A stretch of 64,000 nt of DNA, taken from Macrostomum hystrix. Its lineage: Eukaryota; Animalia; Platyhelminthes. Of the stretch, positions 1 to 11,562 are shown piece by piece. The notes beneath the pieces were generated by a model. That model did not search any database, was not told the origin of the DNA, and saw nothing but the letters and a program-made list of their open reading frames with translations. The position numbers and the translations under genes are program-made. Numbering within the stretch: the first letter of the stretch is position 1; every line of letters begins with the position of its first letter. The DNA is taken from positions 1,860,001 to 1,924,000 of the forward strand of contig CATNEN010000032.1 of assembly GCA_950097015.1 (NCBI GenBank). The letters run 5' to 3'.

Positions 1-1890
1 AAATAATGTAAGTCAAGACTTATGTTCGATTCAAGCGACTTACCATCCAAAAACTCTTCCTTGAAGAAGACTTCACCGCAGGCAAAAGCAAGCAGTGCAA
101 ATGCCAGAAAGCTCGAAAACCACATACTATTGCTTAATATTTTCGCTAACAGTTTAATACGGATAAATGACAACTGTGAAAGGAAACGGGGATTGTAAGA
201 AAAGACTGCGATGAGCAAGTCGACGAATTTAAAGTAGAAAATTGTAGCGTGTTTTGCATGGCGTGCGCTGATTGGCTGTCCATGATTCTGCCATTCTAGA
301 ATTTGCAATGCAAAAACATTCTCGTAATTTACGCATAAAGCAAAATTTACAAAATACTGAGGATATTGAACTGTGAAGTTTAGTTTCTTTTTCTTCTTTT
401 AGAGACTAAATTTAATAAAAATACACGAAGATCAGTCATTATTTTGCTTGTTTTTTTCTATATCTTTTTACATTTTGCATTTGGGAAAAGTCCAAGACTA
501 CTAAAATATGTACGTTAATTTAGACGTCGGTGATAAAATCCTATCGATCTAAGCGTTACCATACTGTCTACCAAAGTCCACAGAAGCGCACAAGCCAATA
601 AAAAGCAATATTGACTATTGGCATAGCAACGTAGTTATTTTACGTAATTTTTTTAAAGAGCAGTATATCTATCTTTTGAAGTTCATTGGATGTATACATG
701 TATTTAGGGCACAATTAAGTTAATATATTAATTTTGTAATTATTTGTGCCAAAATACACATGCACATCCTTATTTTGTTAAAAGGAAACAAAATTATTTA
801 AAGATTTTTTGCTGTTGGCAAATCAATTCCTATTAATATATATTTATTTAAAAGTCATTCACCAGAACCATTCTTAATCGACACAAAGGGCTAACAGACA
901 AAACTGTTTGACGTTTCTATTTTTCACCAACTGAGAACATTGGTCGTCAAAAATGTAGCTTTAAGCTGGTTATGTCCAACGATATATATCTAAATAATAT
1001 ACGAGTACTCTTTGGTCATGTCGAATGCTAGCATTAAGTTCATTTTTTATAAACTCATTATTGCTTTATCATTATAAAAAATGTGGGATTATTTAGGAAT
1101 TTATTTATAATTTAGGAATACGACACGTAAACCTCTTCTTGCTTGACTAATCTTCAAAAACATTTTGACTCAGACTTTTCGTATCTAAGTGCAACTAAAA
1201 TAAATGGGCCAAAAAGTCAACTTGGAATAATAGCAATTTGTTTTTTTTCTGAAAGTTTTAAGAATGAAAGATCAGTACTTCTTTTGGTACTAAAGCTTTA
1301 GCTGCGCATAAATTTATTTTTAGTACAAGTCTACAGCGCCAGCAGTACATTCTGCGGTGGATCACTGATCGTACCGAATAATAGATACCAAATTGTGGAT
1401 AACGCACGCAAGCGGAGTACAAAGTAATAAGTACCAAAAATATTTTTTCTGACTGCTCCTGGCAACAGACTGTAAATCATCGAATGCCTTCAATCATAGC
1501 ATAATCGGATCCTCACTACACTAGATGTACAGCTTCTCTTAAGGCGAAGAAATAAATTAAACAAGAAAGCGTCATCAACATGGGTATAAATGCCGGATTC
1601 CTTTCAACGATGGTAATAATAACAGCAATAAACAATAATAACGCGTACAGGACACACGCTACCGCGATGTGGCTAGTAGGGCACTTAAAAAAGCGTGGCA
1701 CAGTTGTAGTAAAGAGGTTTCAGATAATAGTTGTCATACTGGATAAAAAAATATGAAATCATCCATTATACAGAGTGGCGGATAGCTGCTAGAGGACATT
1801 TCAGCTGAAGTGCCTTACCTTATCTGGCTCTTCGCTTGCCCACTAACAATCATTATACTATTGCTATCTTTGCAGACTTATCATCGTAAT

Positions 1891-2080
1891 CTCTATCCAT
1901 GTCCTAATCCTTCACTCAGACGCATCTCTATCCCTGTCCTAATCCTTCACTCAGACACATTTCTATCCATGTCCTAATCCTTCACTCAGACGCATCTCTA
2001 TCCCTGTCCTAAACCTTCACTCAGACACAACTCTATCCATACCCTAATCCTTCACTCAGAAGCATCTCTATCCATATCTA
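1891..2080. repeat. 35-bp minisatellite, ~5.4 copies (CTCTATCCATGTCCTAATCCTTCACTCAGACGCAT)
   Basis: Unit read directly at 1891, 1926, 1961, 1996, 2031. Confidence 0.95.
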
Positions 2081-2651
2081 TTGTTACCATCCTCCACTCA
2101 TGCTTGCACTGTACATTTGGTCAGCACACACAGTCAAAATCTCAGAAGACTGCCGATAATTGACTTGAAGTTTCATTAAAAAAGCATAAAATTGTTTTCC
2201 ATCAAACCTAGAAAAAATGATGAAGGACGCTGATTTCTGAGCAACTCTGAGACGAACAAATTGAGATAACAGATTTAAAAAAATTGATAAGCAATAAATA
2301 AAGATAAGCTGACATACCAACAAACCAAACTATTTAGGACTTTTCATCCAACCAGGAAATGTCAGACAAAAGAGGATACAGCTATTTGCTGATAGAATAG
2401 GAATAAAACTGATAATAGCAGCCAACTATCGTAAGCCATATTCAAAGTCTATTATTTTGTACTTTATTGTTCATCTATTGTTTTTAGAAAACTTAGCGGC
2501 AAGGAAATCACAATTTATATCAAGCGAGAAATCACTTTCAACTGACAAGAATGTAACTTTTAATTTAAAGGATTTCAACGATATGTCTAAACACTAGAAA
2601 CTGTTGTAGCAAATTTTACACGCAAAAAAGTCTTCAGTCAGAGTCGAATCT

Positions 2652-2972
2652 GAAATCCCCAAACTCGAAACTGAAATTCCCAAACTCGAATCTAAAATCC
2701 CCAAACTCGAATCTAAAATCCCCAAACTCGAAACTGAAATCCCCAAACTCGAATCTAAAATCCCCAAACTCGAAACTGAAATCCCCAAACTCGAATCTAA
2801 AATCCCCAAACTCGAAACTGAAATCCCCAAACTCGAATCTAAAATCCCCAAACTCGAAACTGAAATCCCCAAACTCGAATCTAAAATCCCCAAACTCGAA
2901 ACTGAAATCCCCAAACTCGAATCTAAAATCCCCAAACTCGAAACTGAAATCCCTAAACTCGAATCTGAAATC
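2652..2972. repeat. 21-bp minisatellite, ~15 copies (GAAATCCCCAAACTCGAAACT / AAAATCCCCAAACTCGAATCT)
   Basis: Direct tandem repetition; explains the repetitive ORF 2594..2983. Confidence 0.95.
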
Positions 2973-3319
2973 CGTAGACTCAAATCAAGAAAAAAAACGG
3001 AAGCCTAAATTACAGGTGCTAAAAGCATTAGAGCCAAAATGTTCTAAAATTATGAATAGAAAATACGCAAATTTAAAATTATTTCATAACCACAGCAGCG
3101 CAACTTCGCTAGTCCATGACGATACACTGCTCATTGTCTAGACTCTACTCAGTAGCAAAATTAATCGAAGAAGCACAGAACACGATACAACAGGAGAAAA
3201 AAATATTTGCTATTTCTTATCAGAGCTTGAGTATAGCAACAATGTATAGTAAGTCAGTTAGAGTGAAAATTAAGTTCATATTTTTAAGCGATTTTCCATC
3301 GTCAGTTTCTCTATCCCAC

Positions 3320-4000
3320 TTATTCGTTGGGCTCCGCAGCTGTCTCCTGCTCATTGTCTTGCTGCTGCTCCAGATATTCCTCCCCCTGCTGTTGCTGCTG
3401 CTCAGGCTGTCGATAGGCAGCGGCTTCCATAGCAATCTGACGATCGATAACCATCTTGAGATTGCCCTCTGTGAGTGTCAGGCGCTGCTCTAGGATGGCC
3501 ACAGTCTGAAATAGCGAGTGGCTCGGAATTCAACTTTTTAGTGACATCATCAGTGACAAAGGTCGATTGAGATCAAGGATGCCAGATAGAGGTACAAGAT
3601 GTCTTAGTATGGTGAAGGTCTTACTAACCTGGGTCAGAATGTCCAGCCTACGCAGTATGTGCTCCAGAGCGCTGGCAATTATTGGCGGCACACCGAAGTT
3701 ACCGCCGCCATAGCCTGGGCCAGCTGTGCTGGTCGGAGGCTGCTGCTGAAGATGGTGCTGCATCTGCATCTGGGCGGCGTAGGCAGCGTGGGCCGGCCAG
3801 CACTGAACAGGGGGCCCAATGTACTGCTGCTGCTGCTGCTGCTGATAGTGCTGCTGATAATATACAGGAATGCAGCCGCTATTTGGCTCCATAGACATCG
3901 AGGCACTGTCAGGAGCATTGTTATTCTGCTCTGGCTGATTATCAACACCCATGCCACCATTGACAGCCGGGCGAACGGCAACCTGCTGCTTGCCTGGAGC
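3320..4000 (-). CDS. POC1: POC1-like centriolar protein, C-terminal Q-rich linker plus Poc1 coiled coil (two exons only)
   Basis: Exons 4000-3629 and 3505-3320 (GT-AG, phase 0) splice to ...[33 protein letters not shown]..., closely matching the recalled POC1A/B C-terminal motif (ALEHI..[23 protein letters not shown]). No WD40 exons found upstream. Confidence 0.8.
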
Positions 4001-5189
4001 CTGCAAAGTGGGGATTCAATTGGAATATTAAAGCTACGGTTATACTTTGAAAAAAATAAAGAACGTTTAATGAAGAACTGAACTAAAAGTTTTATAGAGG
4101 AAAAGTTTCATCATACAAAAAAGACAATTTAGTAAAATAATTCTAAAATAAAAATGAAATGAATGAAAACTATGCTTGGATTGATTTATATATGATTATG
4201 TTAAATGTACATATCTACACATTAAATTTAAATTTTGTCATTATAATATTTAACGTGAAATATTTTAAATTTATATGCAAAAAAAAAATAATAACTTTAG
4301 CTATTTGGTAAGAATCTAGGCCACTTTAAAAAATATAATTTTAAGGAGAAACATTTTGAGAAGATAAAATATTAATGACTTTGTCAATATAGCAAACAGC
4401 TACACTTAGTCATTTACTAATATTAGAGACAAGTAGGCCTGTGAAACTTGATAGTTAATATTTCTAATAACGTGGTGAGATTGACAAACATTAAGTTAAA
4501 GTTATATGTTGATATAAAGAAACAAAAAATAGTCAGAATAGGCATAAAAAACAATAATTGTCACCTAAACAACTTTCCTTGAGATGTTTGGGGACACTGT
4601 AATGTTGTGACAATAAAATTTTGAGAAATCTGTTTGTTGGCCACATTTACATTAAGGAATTGCAAAATGACGAAGGTCAGAAAAAAAGGCCTTGTTGTAG
4701 GTTGGATTTGGCCTGAGGACCATAGTTTGCCCTAGCTGTAGAGACTTTAGCCATAGAGACTTTAATGAGCTATTGATATGACACTGGATAATCATTCTAA
4801 AATGATTCAATTCAAAATTTCATTTTATAATAAAGGTGAATTCCTATGATGACTATATCAATCTATCAAAAATGTACTTTGCACCAGAATGTTCCACAAA
4901 TTTTGTAAGCTTAAAGCTTGCTTAGCAATCAGAACACTTGGTACATTTAACTTATTAAAAATTTATTCTTTTAAAATTTATACAATTATTCCAAAGCTAA
5001 ACTACTTGTATTATACATATACAAATTATATTTAAACAGCCAATTGCAATGACATTTTAGCTTGATTCTTACACAAGCCATAGTTTTCTTTAATGACATA
5101 TTGCATGTCATTGAAGATGACCATTTCCTAGTAATTTTCTTTGTTATTTACTTCATTTCTTAGATTTCCCCAGCCTGTCTACAAGTGTA

Positions 5190-5996
5190 CCATAGTCCGG
5201 ATCATGCTGGGCTTACGCAGGAGGTAAAATCTAGCTTTTTGGGACTTACAACAGCACAGTTACTCCCGTTTTTGTCCCCTAAAAAATTATGCCAACAGAA
5301 AATAGCCCCATATGGCTAAAATTAGCTATAGAAATGTAACGCAAAAGTAATTACAAGTAAAAAAGAAAACGAGTCAAGTTAAATACGAGTTAGGAGCTGT
5401 GGGACAAGTTGCCAATGAAAGGGCATCATTGCAACATCTTCATCTTGATTGTTTGTGTCAGCACTGTCAGCATTATTTTATTTCTCATTGTCACTGTCAC
5501 TAGGGTAAGGGTTGCGGTTGCCTGGATCGGCAGACATGTTAACAGATTGTCAGATTCACAGATTGCAGGTATGGTAGCACAATTTGTATTGACAAGAATA
5601 AGAAATTCATTCATTCAAAATTATTTATTTGTGAGACAGAAAGTACTTTCAGGCAGAATTTAATTAGAATTGTTTCTTTGCTTCTAAAAAATAACAGGTA
5701 TACTTTATCCTCTGTTTTACGCCTAACAAAAACATTGTTAAAAACTTTTAAAAATTTACGCAATTTTTAAAACACATTTAAAAATGAATAGTAAAATGAC
5801 CAAAATGTACACTGTTTTGCTTCTATGCCTCTTACAGCTCACGCAAACACTTACTCCAATTTTTTGTAAAAATCTATTTATGCCACAGTTACTCCGGTGT
5901 TTTCTAGTACAAAAATTTACGCCAAACTACCCCCGACTTTTGGCATAAGGCAGTTTTATGCCGGAGAAATGGCAAGCGTGATGATCCAGACTATGG
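5190..5996. mobile_element. Non-autonomous DNA transposon (~807 bp), superfamily uncertain (hAT or P-like by 8-bp TSD)
   Basis: TIR CCATAGTCCGGATCAT (5190-5205) vs ATGATCCAGACTATGG (5981-5996), 15/16; flanks CAAGTGTA / CAAGCGTA (7/8). Confidence 0.6.
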
Positions 5997-7006
5997 CAAG
6001 CGTACTAACTAGCTATACAGAGCTTATGAATTTAAATAAATGAATTTAAACATTTCTGATTGTCTGGAACACTCACAGTTTGTTCTCAGTTTCTATACAT
6101 TGTGCATATATTTTGGAACTATAAATCAAGTCAAAACTATACTTTCTATTGATAGGAGATGAACTGACCTAACTTTAACTTTGGGTTTTTGTAATTTGAT
6201 AGATGATGAAGTGTCTATTCTAAAAATTGGATGACAAAAGTGTAAGATGGCAAAAAGCAAATGGCAAGAAACCATTAAAGAATTATATTGAAGGATCATA
6301 TTAAAGAAATATTCTAAAAATATGTTTTGCAAATTCAGCTTGTTTGTGTAATACTATTTCTAAAGTGCTGTTTTACAGCTTAAATAAACTAGCTTTGGCT
6401 TGATTGCTTACAAATTAAGGTAAAAAAATAACATTCTAAAAGTAATTTAAACTATAATTATTTTGGCCCAAAACCATATTATCCCATGTCACATGCTTTA
6501 ATTTGATTCATTTGATACTTTTTCCAGTGGGTCCTTGCGCAGTTGGTGGACTTTGACAGACAAAACTATATATCCATTCATTCATAATATCAACATTTAC
6601 TGATTTACCCTCTACTTTTTAATTACTAGAAACTTTGAATTTGCTTGATCATGTACATGTAAATTTCAATTAATATTTTACCATTAGGAGTTACGACGGA
6701 GTTACGAGGTGCTACGACACAACAGTAAATCTAACTGAAACCATTAAATTTACGCTTGAGAATCTAGTTCCCAAAAAATTGCCACAATGCTACGAAACTT
6801 TTCGTTTTGAATTACGACGTCTGGATTAAAGAGAATGGTGAAAACATAGTGTTTTTAAATACTTATTATTGTTTTGTTTTCATTTATTCTCAGCTTTGTA
6901 CTAAAAACATAGATTTTTTTATAAAGAATGTGGCAACTTTTGTTTTATTTTTATTAAAACATTTTAACTACTTCTTTTCATGCCGTATGAGATTGATTGC
7001 TTTAAT

Positions 7007-7502
7007 CAGTGGCGTATCTAGGGGGGGGATACGGGGATATATCCCCCCCCATTTCGCCGACCGAAGAGTGTCACCAACCCACGAAAAGTCGAAGACGAAC
7101 GTTATGGCGGAATGTCATAGTCGTAATGTCGTTATTCGGCACAATGATGTTCTGAATTATTCATTTTTTCAGTCAACTTTCCCATCACTTTTCCTCTTCA
7201 CCCACCAGAAATTTTTCCACGGGGGGGCTTAGCCCCCCGGACCCCCCTCTTATTTTCCCTTCATCAAATACCCTTTTCTGCGGAGTCATTTTTCAATGAG
7301 CGTCAATAAATTCATAATCATTACTCCATATTTTTGCCATAAATGTATAACAAAGTAATTTAAAAGGTTGCGAAATCGTTGTCTGCAAATGGACTACAAA
7401 AGCTTATTTCAGTTTTTTAGCAGCAGTATGAGACTTATTTCTCTGATAGTTGAAATTGTAAATTTATCCCCCCCCCATTTTAAAATCCTAGATACGCCGC
7501 TG
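7007..7502. mobile_element. hAT-type MITE (496 bp)
   Basis: TIR CAGTGGCGTATCTAGG / CCTAGATACGCCGCTG (15/16), perfect 8-bp TSD GCTTTAAT (6999-7006, 7503-7510). Confidence 0.9.
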
Positions 7503-9868
7503 GCTTTAATCATGATTGTCTTATTTGGTAAGGTGTCATTTTGCCGATAGTCGTTCTTGTCGTATATATCCGTAACTTCTTACTTGTCCGTAAGAAGTTT
7601 TTTTATGTATTATTTGCAGATGGTGCTGAGAAAACCCATTAGCATTCTATAAATAGGCGGCTTTTTTAAGTAAGTACTCGCAGTCTGGTAGTCTACCTTA
7701 GTAATATTGCCTAGTGAATCCATTAAAATATATACAAATACAAGAAAACGAAAGATGCTACTGAATCCTTTGTGAACTGAACACATATGAGTACATTGCA
7801 TGTTTCATGGGTCCCTAATAAATCAAAAGTCCGTTTTAAATTTAAGTTACGGAGGTTTGCCAGAGATTACCTAACAAGGATAATAATAAGATATTGTGGC
7901 ATGTGGAGCCACGTAAATTTTATTTGGCAGAAGAAGGGGTAAGGCGCACCAAGTAAAGGTCTTAAGTCATATATGCCAGCGGTGTACACAGGGCAGCACA
8001 GCGTTTATGCACATAGCGCCGGCCTTCCTGACCGGGGTTGGGGTGGCTGCCGGAGCGCGCACGCTCCACAGGGCTTACGCAGGAGGTAAAATCTAGCTTT
8101 TTGGGACTTACAACAGCACAGTTACTCCCGTTTTTGTCCCCTAAAAAATTATGCCAACAGAAAATAGCCCCATATGGCTAAAATTAGCTATAGAAATGTA
8201 ACGCAAAAGTAATTACAAGTAAAAAAGAAAACGAGTCAAGTTAAATACGAGTTAGGAGCTGTGGGACAAGTTGCCAATGAAAGGGCATCATTGCAACATC
8301 TTCATCTTGATTGTTTGTGTCAGCACTGTCAGCATTATTTTATTTCTCATTGTCACTGTCACTAGGGTAAGGGTTGCGGTTGCCTGGATCGGCAGACATG
8401 TTAACAGATTGTCAGATTCACAGATTGCAGGTATGGTAGCACAATTTGTATTGACAAGAATAAGAAATTCATTCATTCAAAATTATTTATTTGTGAGACA
8501 GAAAGTACTTTCAGGCAGAATTTAATTAGAATTGTTTCTTTGCTTCTAAAAAATAACAGGTATACTTTATCCTCTGTTTTACGCCTAACAAAAACATTGT
8601 TAAAAACTTTTAAAAATTTACGCAATTTTTAAAACACATTTAAAAATGAATAGTAAAATGACCAAAATGTACACTGTTTTGCTTCTATGCCTCTTACAGC
8701 TCACGCAAACACTTACTCCAATTTTTTGTAAAAATCTATTTATGCCACAGTTACTCCGGTGTTTTCTAGTACAAAAATTTACGCCAAACTACCCCCGACT
8801 TTTGGCATAAGGCAGTTTTATGCCGGAGAAATGGCAAGCGTGATGATCCAGACTATGGCAAGCGTACTAACTAGCTATACAGAGCTTATGAATTTAAATA
8901 AATGAATTTAAACATTTCTGATTGTCTGGAACACTCACAGTTTGTTCTCAGTTTCTATACATTGTGCATATATTTTGGAACTATAAATCAAGTCAAAACT
9001 ATACTTTCTATTGATAGGAGATGAACTGACCTAACTTTAACTTTGGGTTTTTGTAATTTGATAGATGATGAAGTGTCTATTCTAAAAATTGGATGACAAA
9101 AGTGTAAGATGGCAAAAAGCAAATGGCAAGAAACCATTAAAGAATTATATTGAAGGATCATATTAAAGAAATATTCTAAAAATATGTTTTGCAAATTCAG
9201 CTTGTTTGTGTAATACTATTTCTAAAGTGCTGTTTTACAGCTTAAATAAACTAGCTTTGGCTTGATTGCTTACAAATTAAGGTAAAAAAATAACATTCTA
9301 AAAGTAATTTAAACTATAATTATTTTGGCCCAAAACCATATTATCCCATGTCACATGCTTTAATTTGATTCATTTGATACTTTTTCCAGTGGGTCCTTGC
9401 GCAGTTGGTGGACTTTGACAGACAAAACTATATATCCATTCATTCATAATATCAACATTTACTGATTTACCCTCTACTTTTTAATTACTAGAAACTTTGA
9501 ATTTGCTTGATCATGTACATGTAAATTTCAATTAATATTTTACCATTAGGAGTTACGACGGAGTTACGAGGTGCTACGACACAACAGTAAATCTAACTGA
9601 AACCATTAAATTTACGCTTGAGAATCTAGTTCCCAAAAAATTGCCACAATGCTACGAAACTTTTCGTTTTGAATTACGACGTCTGGATTAAAGAGAATGG
9701 TGAAAACATAGTGTTTTTAAATACTTATTATTGTTTTGTTTTCATTTATTCTCAGCTTTGTACTAAAAACATAGATTTTTTTATAAAGAATGTGGCAACT
9801 TTTGTTTTATTTTTATTAAAACATTTTAACTACTTCTTTTCATGCCGTATGAGATTGATTGCTTTAAT

Positions 9869-10364
9869 CAGTGGCGTATCTAGGGGGGGGATACGGGGAT
9901 ATATCCCCCCCCATTTCGCCGACCGAAGAGTGTCACCAACCCACGAAAAGTCGAAGACGAACGTTATGGCGGAATGTCATAGTCGTAATGTCGTTATTCG
10001 GCACAATGATGTTCTGAATTATTCATTTTTTCAGTCAACTTTCCCATCACTTTTCCTCTTCACCCACCAGAAATTTTTCCACGGGGGGGCTTAGCCCCCC
10101 GGACCCCCCTCTTATTTTCCCTTCATCAAATACCCTTTTCTGCGGAGTCATTTTTCAATGAGCGTCAATAAATTCATAATCATTACTCCATATTTTTGCC
10201 ATAAATGTATAACAAAGTAATTTAAAAGGTTGCGAAATCGTTGTCTGCAAATGGACTACAAAAGCTTATTTCAGTTTTTTAGCAGCAGTATGAGACTTAT
10301 TTCTCTGATAGTTGAAATTGTAAATTTATCCCCCCCCCATTTTAAAATCCTAGATACGCCGCTG
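9869..10364. mobile_element. hAT-type MITE, second copy inside the tandem duplication
   Basis: Same TIRs and TSD as 7007-7502 at +2862. Confidence 0.9.
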
Positions 10365-11562
10365 GCTTTAATCATGATTGTCTTATTTGGTAAGGTGTCA
10401 TTTTGCCGATAGTCGTTCTTGTCGTATATATCCGTAACTTCTTACTTGTCCGTAAGAAGTTTTTTTATGTATTATTTGCAGATGGTGCTGAGAAAACCCA
10501 TTAGCATTCTATAAATAGGCGGCTTTTTTAAGTAAGTACTCGCAGTCTGGTAGTCTACCTTAGTAATATTGCCTAGTGAATCCATTAAAATATATACAAA
10601 TACAAGAAAACGAAAGATGCTACTGAATCCTTTGTGAACTGAACACATATGAGTACATTGCATGTTTCATGGGTCCCTAATAAATCAAAAGTCCGTTTTA
10701 AATTTAAGTTACGGAGGTTTGCCAGAGATTACCTAACAAGGATAATAATAAGATATTGTGGCATGTGGAGCCACGTAAATTTTATTTGGCAGAAGAAGGG
10801 GTAAGGCGCACCAAGTAAAGGTCTTAAGTCATATATGCCAGCGGTGTACACAGGGCAGCACAGCGTTTATGCACATAGCGCCGGCCTTCCTGACCGGGGT
10901 TGGGGTGGCTGCCGGAGCGCGCACGCGCGTGTGGCGTGACCGCCACAATATGAATGTAAACGTTTTTTTTGTGAAAGTCACTATCACATTACGTTACATA
11001 ATAAGTGATGGACGATTTGTAAATTATTTGTTTGGATTAAAAGTTAGTGTAGTACACAATAATCAATCTAGTGACTGATATGAAGTGACTATGATTACTT
11101 TATTACCAAAAAGGTGTTGGAGAGAAAGATGCAAGTATCAAAGAAGAAGAAAATAGCAATTTTCAAAGAAAAAATGATCAAATGAAGACAGCAAAGAGAC
11201 TGTATGTAAAGTGACGTGAGATACGCTCTTACTTGATTTTTTGACCGTGGTTGATTACTTCATACTTTGCTTAGCATAGTACAAAGATCATTCAGTCCGA
11301 AACTCGAAAAACATAATGCATACATAATTATAGCAGATAGTTAGAATTATAATCTGCATATGTATTTATTATTATAATATACAATCACCGCAATATAACA
11401 AAATAACAAAATTGAAATAGAGATAAAAGCTGTCGTCCAATGCATATAGAGAATTTGTGATAAAACAGAAACACGAAGACCGATAGGATAACGAGATCTT
11501 TCCAAGCATATTACTGAAAGGAAAAACAACACTACTGTAACTGTAACTAATAATTCGACATT

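Larger units (their letters stand above)
5209..10926. repeat. Tandem segmental duplication: 5209-8064 and 8071-10926 (2856 bp each, 6-nt junction TCCACA)
   Basis: Six ORF-track entries recur with identical translation at a constant 2862-bp offset; both boundaries read by eye. Confidence 0.95.

Noticed and set aside
1516-1701. 61-aa hydrophobic minus-strand ORF
   Set aside because: GTG start, no recognisable family, no supported splice context.
10790-10960. GC-rich island (also 7930-8064) as structured ncRNA (SRP-like or ribozyme) or POC1 first exon
   Set aside because: Could not build a convincing fold or a splice-compatible ORF; left unassigned.
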